A stretch of 24,000 nucleotides of DNA from Miniphocaeibacter halophilus (lineage in GTDB: Bacteria > Bacillota > Clostridia > Tissierellales > Peptoniphilaceae). The number at the start of each line of letters is the position of its first letter. Within the stretch, counting starts at the first letter, position 1. Shown here in pieces: positions 12,701 to 20,978 of the stretch. A model generated the notes under the pieces. It did not search any database and was not told where the DNA came from. It was given only the letters and a program-made list of their open reading frames with translations. A program made the translations under genes and the position numbers. The DNA is taken from positions 841,868 through 865,867 of the forward strand of contig NZ_CP066744.1 of the NCBI RefSeq assembly GCF_016458825.1. The letters are read 5' to 3'.

Positions 12701-15375
12701 AGCTCCTCCTCTACAACCTTTTCATCATGGGATATATAATCATATATATAAATTATTTCACTTATTGGAATTTCAACATTATAGTCCTCTAAAAGATTTG
12801 AAAAACTATTCCTAACGGCTAAAATAAATTCCCTATTATTTTTTTCAAATAGTTTAGTGTTTTCCTCCCGTACTTGTAGCTCGTTTTTAGTTACTAATCT
12901 TTCAATTAAATTACTAATATGGATATAAATTCCCACTAAGGTCTTTGGTAAAAATTTCCTATTTAAATTCTTCTGTAGCTTACTAACAGCATCTACTGTT
13001 AAATCCATAAGCCTATCCACATTTAAAATAGTTATATGTTCCATTACACTTCTAAGGGATAGATTTTTTAATAGGTTTTTATGGAAAAGCTCTATCTCAT
13101 CATAAGTTAAATCCTGTTTCAATATATCATCTAAAATACTTAAATCTGTAGGTTGTACTAACTCCTCTAGGGAAACTGTCTTAATGTCCTTTGACAGTCC
13201 TTCAGCTCCAACAATTAACTTTATATCATAATCTGCAAAAATAGGATTGTTAAAAAAATTATTCATCTTATCTATATCAATACAAATCCATTCTATATTT
13301 ATTGTTCTAGGAAGACTTTGCTGTACCAGTTCTGAAATGCTTTTAGATACCTCTAAGCCCATATCGCTTATAAATAATACTGCCGTCTTTTTCTTATTAA
13401 GAGATATGATTCTACTGGTGGTTTTAATTTTCACCTCTACATCGGATACTATCTTTGAAAACTCCTCATGTTCCAATAACCCTTCTCCTATATATAAAGC
13501 CACTGCTGTTGAAGCATTTGTTACAACAGCTAAATTTATATTTGTATAGATCTTTAAATATTTTTCTATTTCAGATAATGACCCCATATCCACCAAGAGT
13601 ATTACATTTTTTAAATACTTATGATTTAATAAAAAGTTATCCATCTCTAATGCTATTTCTTTAACATTGGCATGTAGAGGCATATCGATTCCTCTAAACA
13701 CCTGATGGCCTAACATAGTATTGGCAGTATCTGCCATGCTAGTTGCTGTTGAATATCCATGGCATATAATTATTCCTGATGTTAGACGATCTTCCAGCTC
13801 CCTGTTATAAAAATATATATTTAAAGTTAAAAATACCTTGCTCATACTTGGCATTATTATTGAAAAGCGTTCTTGAAGAATTGAAGCTATATGATCGGCG
13901 ATTAAGTAAGCAGTCTCCATTTGTATCTTAAAAAAATTTAACAGCTCCTCAATTTGAAAATATTTTTCAAAAAGCCATTTTTCATAATATGACCTTTCAT
14001 CCAAATACTGTGATATTTCCTTAGATAATAGGGAAACACAGTTAAAAGGTAAGACTACTCGAGTATTTTCCACTATCTCATCTAAAATATTGATTAAATT
14101 TTTTTCAATGCTATCTGATTCATTGAAATTATTGATCTTTTTAGAAAAAGCTATATTATCATAGTATTTTCTAGTCAAAGCCCTACTCTCATCTATGAAT
14201 CTTGAAAAATCTTTATTCTTTTCATAATTTTCAAATATTTTTAATAATTTGCTATAATATTCTATGTTTTCGGTTTTTTCTAACCTTTCCTCGCTAAAAT
14301 GCTCCGATATTTCCATAAGTTCAAGTTCTTTTGAATCATCTGTTTCAAAGGATACTCTTTTACCAGTTTTAGGAATATGATATCTTTGGATTATAATAGT
14401 TTCATCGTCACTATCTTGAATAACTTCCGACAGTAGTTTTCTTAAATCAACCCTTAATTTAGTAACTCCACTTTCCATATAGGCATCTAATAGTTCATCA
14501 AGGGCAACTTTAGATAGAATAATCTTCTTACCAAGGCTTTTCTCCTCCTTAAGAAGAAATTTTAAAAGTATATTTTTTCTTTCAGTAAAAGGTCTTTCCT
14601 TTATTGATGGTATTTTTATATCTATGGGAATTACTAACTGTAATTTTTCATTTAATACGGATATATCCTTTGTTGTACTCATTATTAAAAACGGTTCATC
14701 TGAATTATTTGTGTTTTTATAATCTATTTTATCTGCTAGTTTGTTCTGTAAAGAAACACTTAATTTCTCAACGTGGCTAATATACAACATAGAACCTTTT
14801 GCCTTATTCCAAAATCCAAAGTCAGGATTAAACAAGGCAGTATCCATGTTATTTTCATTATCATAATAAGAAGGATGAAAATGTACTAAATTCATATCCT
14901 TTTCTATTAGCTTTCGCTTCTTTAAAAAATCAAAAGATGAAGAGACTAAGAAACGTTTTCCCGATCCAACCACTCCTTCCAATAACATTGGCAACCCTCC
15001 CGGATATAAAAGAGCTGTTTTAATCCTGGACAAAGCTTCCTTTAAAGATCCATTTTTACCTATTACATTATGGAAATCATCTGTTGATTCATCTAAAATA
15101 TTAAATAAACCTTCCAAACTAAGAAATTCATTTGTATCAAATTTAATACCATACAAGCTTTCCAAAGTCTTTTTAGAATAATAATAAACCGGTCTAGATA
15201 AAACCTTTATTAGTTTTCCATCTTTGAACAACTCATTTAAATATTCACTTGTTGCAGTTCTGCTTAAATTTAAAGAAGAACTAAAAAACTTCGTTGTAAA
15301 TTGATTGGCATTATCTGAATCAAACATAAAAGTTATTTCATCAATTAACTCCTCTAATTCTTTTTTTGTTGACAT
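12697..15375 (-). CDS. LevR-like PRD/EIIA-domain transcriptional regulator with a degenerate AAA+ (sigma-54 activator-like) module
   Basis: The 892-aa product has an N-terminal wHTH-like region (LSRTATSEYLNELFKDGKLIKVLSRPVYYY) and a Walker A GVVGSGKRF. It also has an EIIA-Man-like segment IICHGYSTATSMADTANTMLGHQVFRGIDMPL, as in LevR, and PRD-like regions on either side of it. An AAGGAG RBS lies 6 nt before the ATG at 15375. Confidence 0.75.
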   Translation of the reverse strand: MSTKKELEELIDEITFMFDSDNANQFTTKFFSSSLNLSRTATSEYLNELFKDGKLIKVLSRPVYYYSKKTLESLYGIKFDTNEFLSLEGLFNILDESTDDFHNVIGKNGSLKEALSRIKTALLYPGGLPMLLEGVVGSGKRFLVSSSFDFLKKRKLIEKDMNLVHFHPSYYDNENNMDTALFNPDFGFWNKAKGSMLYISHVEKLSVSLQNKLADKIDYKNTNNSDEPFLIMSTTKDISVLNEKLQLVIPIDIKIPSIKERPFTERKNILLKFLLKEEKSLGKKIILSKVALDELLDAYMESGVTKLRVDLRKLLSEVIQDSDDETIIIQRYHIPKTGKRVSFETDDSKELELMEISEHFSEERLEKTENIEYYSKLLKIFENYEKNKDFSRFIDESRALTRKYYDNIAFSKKINNFNESDSIEKNLINILDEIVENTRVVLPFNCVSLLSKEISQYLDERSYYEKWLFEKYFQIEELLNFFKIQMETAYLIADHIASILQERFSIIMPSMSKVFLTLNIYFYNRELEDRLTSGIIICHGYSTATSMADTANTMLGHQVFRGIDMPLHANVKEIALEMDNFLLNHKYLKNVILLVDMGSLSEIEKYLKIYTNINLAVVTNASTAVALYIGEGLLEHEEFSKIVSDVEVKIKTTSRIISLNKKKTAVLFISDMGLEVSKSISELVQQSLPRTINIEWICIDIDKMNNFFNNPIFADYDIKLIVGAEGLSKDIKTVSLEELVQPTDLSILDDILKQDLTYDEIELFHKNLLKNLSLRSVMEHITILNVDRLMDLTVDAVSKLQKNLNRKFLPKTLVGIYIHISNLIERLVTKNELQVREENTKLFEKNNREFILAVRNSFSNLLEDYNVEIPISEIIYIYDYISHDEKVVEEEL

Positions 15376-15624
15376 ATTGAACTCCTTTCCTAAATATTAG
15401 CATCTATCTATTTATAATACTCTTCTATAAAGACAATGCGACTAAAAGACATGTTTTTTATTTTTTTCGACAGTATTTATATATTCCCCGTCACTATATA
15501 TTATAAAACTAAAATTTTATGTTGAATATCCATTATCTTATACTTTTGTGGCAATATATTTTTATATAAAATTTCCTTCTTGGTATATAAGCATTGCTAT
15601 AGCTTTTTAAAATATGAAAATAAA

Positions 15625-15664
15625 AAAAGCATCTTAGATTTTGCTTCTTATCTAAAATGCTTTT
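15625..15664 (-). terminator. Rho-independent terminator downstream of the CWB2-M15 gene
   Basis: A 15-bp stem with one mismatch pairs AAAAGCATCTTAGAT (15625-15639) with ATCTAAAATGCTTTT (15650-15664). On the minus strand it is followed by a T-rich run (the complement of 15611-15628). It lies 30 nt after the stop at 15694. Confidence 0.7.
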
Positions 15665-15693
15665 GTCCTCAATTTGATATCCTAGCAAGTTAT

Positions 15694-17189
15694 TTATTTT
15701 TCAAAATGTTGGTAGTCCGGATTTGTCCAACTACCACCCCATTTCCAACCATATTTTTGGAAAATATTATATATTTTATCGTTTTTAAAAATCATCCACT
15801 CTAACTTCATCCCTCTATTTACATACGGCTGGCTTTCCTTTGGAATAGCAAGACCATTTTTTATATAGGGATTATAAAGGGGATTTATATCTATAGCCAG
15901 CCCTTCTGCATGCTTTGATAATCTATTAGTTCCCGATATTAATCTATAGTTAAATCCTGAACTATTATTATCTGCCATAGACATATTATCATCTGCTTTG
16001 TATTCATCAATTAATTTGATTTTCTCAATAGGATATTTTATATCAAATAATTCTTTAAAAATATTACCTACTTCCCTTCCAACTTTTTTATTAACAATTA
16101 TTTCTCCCTTTTTAATTTCACCATTAAAATCATAATGTAATAGAGGAAGATAAACTAAGTCATTAAAACCTATCTTTGCATTATTAGGCATTGATACTCC
16201 TGTCATTTTTTCTTTAATATTGTTAGGAATTTCCACAGGTTTAAAAAAGTTAACACTTTCTCCTGTTAATAAACCTTCAATAACTATATTACTAACAGAA
16301 CCACCGGCTATTATGAAATTTGAAATATTTTTTTCTTTAATATAATTTAAAATATTCTTATCTAGATTATTGTTTTCAGTTAATAGAATCGGAGCGTCAT
16401 ATTTTTTACATAAACTTACTGCCGATAAAGCATCAGCATAATTTTCACTGGAAGCTATTATTGCACTATTAGAATTTGGATGTGATATTTTAGCAAGTTC
16501 TAAAGAAGTTAGTATTCTATTACTTCCAGAAACTCTTTTCCCTTTTAAATTAGAAATATTAACAGAAGCTTTTCCTCCTACAATATAATTAGAATCTAAA
16601 TTATATTGTTTCTCAATAACTTTATTTACCAGTTTAATTGGTGAATCTTCCTTTATGGATATTCCTACTGCTACAACAGAATCGGCATATTTTTCTCCAG
16701 TAACAATAGTATAGCCATTGCTATTTCCCTTTATTTCTTCAATTTCCGAAATAACTATATTATTTGTATCATATCTATCTATTCCGGCTAATACTTCTTT
16801 TTCATAATCTATTTTATCTATTGCCTTATTTGATATAGTAGACTCTCCCCCTATAATATATATTTTTTTTACTTCCAGTCTTGTTAATTCTTCTAGGACT
16901 TCATCCTGTATACTATCTTTACTAATTAAAAGAACAGGGGCATCTAACACAGTTGCCAAAGATGTTGCAGAAAGTGCGTCCGGAAAATCATCTCCACTGG
17001 CTATAACTGCATATTCGCTTTTATTAAAACTATTTTTGCTTATTTCTACAGCTGTTGTATACCTGCTATTACCCGATATTTTTATAGTAGAAATATTATT
17101 GGCACTTGAATAATTGTTAAAACAAAGTACTGTTACAAGTATTACTAATAGAAAAAACCTCCTGTAATTCTATTTTTACTTTTTATCAT
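15694..17189 (-). pseudogene. Secreted cell-wall-anchored (3x CWB2) M15-family peptidoglycan peptidase, interrupted by a frameshift in the signal-peptide codons
   Basis: The long frame is open from 17169 and encodes ...RRFFLLVILVTVLCFNNYSSA (signal-peptide-like). Three CWB2-type repeats follow (ISGNSRYTTAVEIS..., LAGIDRYDTN..., VSGSNRILTSLELA...), then a C-terminal M15 domain (SKHAEGLAIDIN, GGSWTNPDYQHFE). That frame has no ATG/GTG/TTG before the TTG at 16959. An ATG at 17189, 4 nt after AGGAGG, opens MIKSKNRITGGFFY*. This would join the long frame if the T6 run (A6 at 17152-17157 on the plus strand) were T7. Confidence 0.75.
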
Positions 17190-17197
17190 ACATCCTC

Positions 17198-17830
17198 CTA
17201 TTTTTTCATAAATGAAGCGATATCCTTTTGTAAATCCTTAATTGCCTTTTCTTTGTTACCGTTTTTTAAAAATTCAATCAATTCATCATGTTGATGTGTG
17301 TATCTATTAAAAACCTGTTTGTCCCAACTTGTCCAATAGAATTGTGAAAAGACCAACATCTGCTTATTTAAAGCATTTTCTAGAGTTTCGTAAAAAAATT
17401 CATCATGATAAAAAGAAGCAAGCTTCAAATGAAAGTCTTGATTTGTCTTCCAATATATTACAGGGTCGTTTCTATCAGAGCTGTCCATTTGTTCTCTGTG
17501 TAAATTTTCCAGTTCTTTTATATTTTCATCACTTAATCTGTTCCAATATTCATTTAAATATTTTGGTTCAATAATTAATCTAAACTTTAAAATCCCTTCT
17601 AGGTACTCATTTGAATAATTAATTATTTTATAGCCTAACCTTGGTATGCTTTTTAAAATTCCATCATTACATAACTCTATTAAGGCATCTCTAACAGGAG
17701 CTTTACTAATATTATATTGATTCATTAACGCCTTTTCATTAATAGTATCTTCTAAGCTATATTTCCCGGAAATAATATCTAATTTCAAACTTTTATACAC
17801 TTGTTCTCTTAAATTTAATTTCTTTTTCAT
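17198..17830 (-). CDS. GntR-family transcriptional regulator (FadR/FCD-like C-terminal domain)
   Basis: The N-terminal wHTH reads EKALMNQYNISKAPVRDALIELCNDGILKSIPRLGYKI and is followed by an all-helical C-terminal domain. I prefer the ATG at 17830 after GAGGTGG; the track start at 17836 is a GTG. The stop TAG (17198-17200) overlaps the RBS of the downstream peptidase gene. Confidence 0.85.
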   Translation of the reverse strand: MKKKLNLREQVYKSLKLDIISGKYSLEDTINEKALMNQYNISKAPVRDALIELCNDGILKSIPRLGYKIINYSNEYLEGILKFRLIIEPKYLNEYWNRLSDENIKELENLHREQMDSSDRNDPVIYWKTNQDFHLKLASFYHDEFFYETLENALNKQMLVFSQFYWTSWDKQVFNRYTHQHDELIEFLKNGNKEKAIKDLQKDIASFMKK

Positions 17831-17843
17831 ATCCACCTCATTA

Positions 17844-17872
17844 TTGACAGTTACACGTTCGTCTGATATGAT
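17844..17872 (+). promoter_or_regulatory. Putative sigma-A promoter for the cysteine desulfidase-family gene
   Basis: TTGACA (17844-17849), a 17-nt spacer, then TATGAT (17867-17872). It is overlapped by the inverted repeat at 17858-17892. Confidence 0.5.
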
Positions 17873-17892
17873 TAGTAATAATATCAGACGAA
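17858..17892. promoter_or_regulatory. Candidate operator: perfect 12-bp inverted repeat with an 11-nt spacer
   Basis: TTCGTCTGATAT (17858-17869) and ATATCAGACGAA (17881-17892) are exact reverse complements. The repeat overlaps the -10 region of the putative promoter, between the divergent GntR and desulfidase-family genes. Confidence 0.45.
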
Positions 17893-17896
17893 TATT

Positions 17897-17912
17897 TATA
17901 GTATATACTATA
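17897..17912. promoter_or_regulatory. Candidate GntR-type operator: perfect 16-bp palindrome
   Basis: TATAGTATATACTATA is self-complementary. Its core GTATATAC fits the generic GntR-family GT-Nx-AC operator pattern. It lies 5 nt after the first inverted repeat. Confidence 0.4.
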
Positions 17913-17951
17913 TTATAACAAATACCGTTTATAAATCATAAGGAGCTTATT

Positions 17952-19235
17952 ATGGAAGAACAATATTACGATAAATTTGAAGAAATTTTATTAGAGGATT
18001 TACAACAAGCATTAGGTTGTACAGAACCTATTGCCATTGCATTATGTGCAGCAAAAGCCAAAAGTATATTAAATAAGGTACCTACAAAAGTAATACTTCA
18101 TTGCAGTAAAAATATTATTAAAAATGCAAAATCAGTAACAGTACCTAATTCCAATGGACTTAAGGGAATTGAAGTTGCAGCTGCACTAGGCATTGTTGGA
18201 GGAAATTCTGACAAAAACTTAAAGGTTTTAGAAGATATTACAGAAAGTAATATTGAGGAAGCAAAAAAATTAATAGCATCTAAAATATTTACTATTGAAA
18301 TAGCAGATGTACCAAACTTACTTTATATAAGAACTGAACTAATATTTGAAAACGATGTAGTGTCAGTAGAAATTAAAGATAGACATAGTAATATATCAAA
18401 AATAACAAAAAACAAGGAAGTAATATACTCATCTGAAGATGATAGTAGTGGCGACAATCAAGAATGCGATAAATCTTTATTAAATATACACAGCATTATA
18501 GAATTTGCCGATTCTGTTGATCTGTCAAAAAGAAAAGAACTAACTAATAGATTAGACCTACAAATTGAATGTAATACAAACATTTCAAAAGAAGGATTAT
18601 CTGGAAAATATGGTGCAGGCATTGGTCATATAATATCTGAAACATCTTTTGAAACCGATATAAAATCAGAAGTAAAGGCTTGTACTACTGCCGCATCAGA
18701 TGCAAGAATGGGTGGATGTGGCTTACCTGTAGTAATAAACTCCGGTTCAGGAAATCAAGGAATAACTACATCTTTACCGGTAATTACCTATGCAAAATCT
18801 ATTAATGCTTCTAAAGATAAATTATACAGAGCCCTAATAGTTGCAAACTTAACTACAATTCACCAAAAACAATTCATTGGAAAATTATCTGCCTTCTGCG
18901 GAGTAGTAAGTGCAGGTGCAGCTGCCGGTTGTGGAATTGGTTATTTAATGGGATTAAACGAGGAACAAATTGAAAAAGTCCTTGTAAATACACTGGCTAC
19001 ATCTGGTGGTATAGTATGTGACGGTGCCAAACCTTCCTGCGCCCTTAAAATAGCAGTGGCCTTGGAAAATGCCTTCTTAGCTATTGATATGGCAAAAAGA
19101 GATATAGTTTTTGATTCCGGTGATGGTATAGTTGGTGAAAATGTAGAAAAAACCATTGAAAACATTGGTAGAATGGCATCAGTTGGAATGAAAAATACAG
19201 ACGATGAAATTTTAAATATTATGATAGGAAAATAA
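17952..19235 (+). CDS. UPF0597/YhaM (CyuA)-like L-cysteine desulfidase family protein (serine dehydratase alpha-like)
   Basis: The 427-aa product has an N-terminal LQQALGCTEPIAIALCAAKA motif, characteristic of the YhaM/UPF0597 family as I recall it, and glycine/cysteine-rich C-terminal motifs (SAFCGVVSAGAAAG, GGIVCDGAKPSCALK). An AAGGAG RBS is present. Confidence 0.7.
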   Translation: MEEQYYDKFEEILLEDLQQALGCTEPIAIALCAAKAKSILNKVPTKVILHCSKNIIKNAKSVTVPNSNGLKGIEVAAALGIVGGNSDKNLKVLEDITESNIEEAKKLIASKIFTIEIADVPNLLYIRTELIFENDVVSVEIKDRHSNISKITKNKEVIYSSEDDSSGDNQECDKSLLNIHSIIEFADSVDLSKRKELTNRLDLQIECNTNISKEGLSGKYGAGIGHIISETSFETDIKSEVKACTTAASDARMGGCGLPVVINSGSGNQGITTSLPVITYAKSINASKDKLYRALIVANLTTIHQKQFIGKLSAFCGVVSAGAAAGCGIGYLMGLNEEQIEKVLVNTLATSGGIVCDGAKPSCALKIAVALENAFLAIDMAKRDIVFDSGDGIVGENVEKTIENIGRMASVGMKNTDDEILNIMIGK

Positions 19236-19243
19236 CGTTATAA

Positions 19244-19290
19244 AAAAGACTATTATTTATTAGATAAAAATCTAAAACTAATAGTCTTTT
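19244..19290. terminator. Putative bidirectional terminator between convergent genes
   Basis: A 12-bp stem pairs AAAAGACTATTA (19244-19255) with TAATAGTCTTTT (19279-19290). The loop is large (23 nt), and T/A runs flank the stem. Confidence 0.45.
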
Positions 19291-19311
19291 CTTTTTAATA
19301 TATAATCTATT

Positions 19312-19596
19312 CTATTTGTTCTTGACTAAAACTATAACAATTTCTGAATCTTCAATAAAATCTATGGAAATAGTATTTTCTCCATTAAAATTCAAAACGT
19401 CCCCTTGTCTCAAATTATAATCTTCCCTTTCATTTAAATGAACCATAACATTTCCCTTTATTAAGGAAAAAATTATATCTTCTCCAGGATGGTTATGAAC
19501 CGGAATATTATCTCCCTTACTTGCTGATTTTTTTACTACCTTATAATTTTCCCCTTCAAATATAGGTCCAATTTCATTTTTTACAATTCCTAGCAT
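19312..19596 (-). CDS. Small cupin-domain protein
   Basis: The 94-aa product has a cupin motif-1-like stretch PVHNHPGEDIIFSLIKGNV and beta-rich remaining sequence. An AGGAGGG RBS lies upstream of the ATG at 19596. Confidence 0.7.
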   Translation of the reverse strand: MLGIVKNEIGPIFEGENYKVVKKSASKGDNIPVHNHPGEDIIFSLIKGNVMVHLNEREDYNLRQGDVLNFNGENTISIDFIEDSEIVIVLVKNK

Positions 19597-19841
19597 TTTT
19601 TATCCCTCCTATTTAATATAGAATACACAAAATAACAAAGAAAAGATGTAATATTTGTTACATTTTTCAAAAATTTAATAATAATTTATTAAAGGAAAAT
19701 AAAATACATATTAAATATAAATATAATTTGTTTCAATATACATTAGGGTATAGATATAATAAGGTAAATAAAATACTATCTGTCCATATATGACTAAAGT
19801 TAAAAATTTTAACTTAAAATATTATAAAAAAGGAGATAAAA

Positions 19842-20381
19842 ATGAAAACTGATGTAATATTAACAGATTTAGAAAATAAATATTATAATAAATTATCTAA
19901 AATGGAAAATGAATTTGAATATGAAAATAAATATACAAATATACAGTATGACGAAAATAAAAATCAAGTAATATTACAATTAAATCCTATAAAAGTTATT
20001 GTTGATTTTAATGAAAACAAAATAGATAGTCAATATAATATAGCTCAAGTTGATAAAATCACTACCGATATGGAAAATATAAAAACAAAACTTTTTAAAT
20101 TTGGAGAAGAAATATTAGATAGCCATGCAAAGTATTTTAAAGATTATGAAACTAAAGAATATTGCCTTAAATTAAAGGATAAAAATCTTTACTTGGTATT
20201 TTTTAAACCTTTACAAAGATTTGAATTGTTAAAATTTGAAGATATCGACGAAAAATACTACGACTATAAATTTACAATTCCAAGTATAGAATATATGTCA
20301 AAAGATACATATTGGGACGGATTTAATACAACAATAATAGCACAACTTATTGATTTTGATTATTTTGAACTTGTAGAATAA
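19842..20381 (+). CDS. Hypothetical protein (179 aa, acidic, soluble, no motif recognised)
   Basis: The ORF is clean, with an AAGGAGA RBS 6 nt upstream and a stem-loop downstream. The sequence is rich in K/E/D/N/Y, and I recognise no TM segment or catalytic motif. Confidence 0.6.
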   Translation: MKTDVILTDLENKYYNKLSKMENEFEYENKYTNIQYDENKNQVILQLNPIKVIVDFNENKIDSQYNIAQVDKITTDMENIKTKLFKFGEEILDSHAKYFKDYETKEYCLKLKDKNLYLVFFKPLQRFELLKFEDIDEKYYDYKFTIPSIEYMSKDTYWDGFNTTIIAQLIDFDYFELVE

Positions 20382-20396
20382 ATAGTAGTTTTAAAG

Positions 20397-20419
20397 GGGC
20401 GTTTCTAAATGAAATGCCC
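20397..20419. terminator. Possible terminator hairpin between convergent orphan genes
   Basis: GGGCGTTTC (20397-20405) pairs with GAAATGCCC (20411-20419), with one G-U pair and a 5-nt loop. The T-tract is weak. Confidence 0.35.
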
Positions 20420-20504
20420 TTCTGTCTTAAAACCATATTAATAATATAAGGACTGATTTTTTTAAAAATATTTTTTTATATTCTTCATCCTTAACCATAT
20501 TTTT

Positions 20505-20978
20505 CTAATTTGTTTTTCCTACTAAATTTCCTTCTTTGTCAACAAACCCTTCCATTGTATCATCTTTTGCTTTTTCAATTGAATAAAAATCTTCTTGTGT
20601 ATCATGATTATAAGAATAAAAAAGAACTCCTTTATAATAATCAGTACCCCCAGTTAAATTTTCCTTTAAATTATGAAAGGGATTTATATAATCATCGATT
20701 GATGTATATTCTTTATTCCCAGTAAAATAAACATAGGTCATAGTTGGATTATCCTTAAAAATTATCTTTCTTTCTATTATTGGTATATAACGTCCATAGA
20801 TTACGCCCGTATCTTCAATTTTTTCTGCATGTGTTAAACCCTGTGCCTTAATATAATCTTCTATGCGTTCTGCAGCTTTTTTTTCAATCAACTGCTCAGT
20901 TATCATAAAGGAGAGAAAATATACTAAAACAAAGGACACAATAAAAGCTAATACTTTATGTTTAGACATGAATTTCAT
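20505..20978 (-). CDS. Hypothetical N-terminally membrane-anchored protein (possibly DUF3139-like)
   Basis: There is a single TM helix (VLAFIVSFVLVYFLSFMI) followed by a soluble domain (IEDYIKAQGLTHAEKIED...IIFKDNPTMTYVYF). The track start at 21038 is a TTG without an RBS. I prefer the ATG at 20978 (MKFMSKHK), 8 nt after GGAAGTG; the ATG at 20984 is an alternative. Confidence 0.55.
   Translation of the reverse strand: MKFMSKHKVLAFIVSFVLVYFLSFMITEQLIEKKAAERIEDYIKAQGLTHAEKIEDTGVIYGRYIPIIERKIIFKDNPTMTYVYFTGNKEYTSIDDYINPFHNLKENLTGGTDYYKGVLFYSYNHDTQEDFYSIEKAKDDTMEGFVDKEGNLVGKTN

Noticed and set aside
15581-15598. Sigma-54-like string TGGTATATAAGCATTGCT near the LevR-like regulator gene
   Set aside because: The GG-to-GC spacing is 14 nt instead of the required 12. 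The motif is also on the plus strand, pointing away from the operon and into the 3' end of a convergent gene.
19782-19844. 20-codon upstream ORF (MTKVKNFNLKYYKKGDKNEN) overlapping the start of the 19842 gene
   Set aside because: There is no Shine-Dalgarno sequence upstream. Such short ORFs arise readily by chance in AT-rich DNA.
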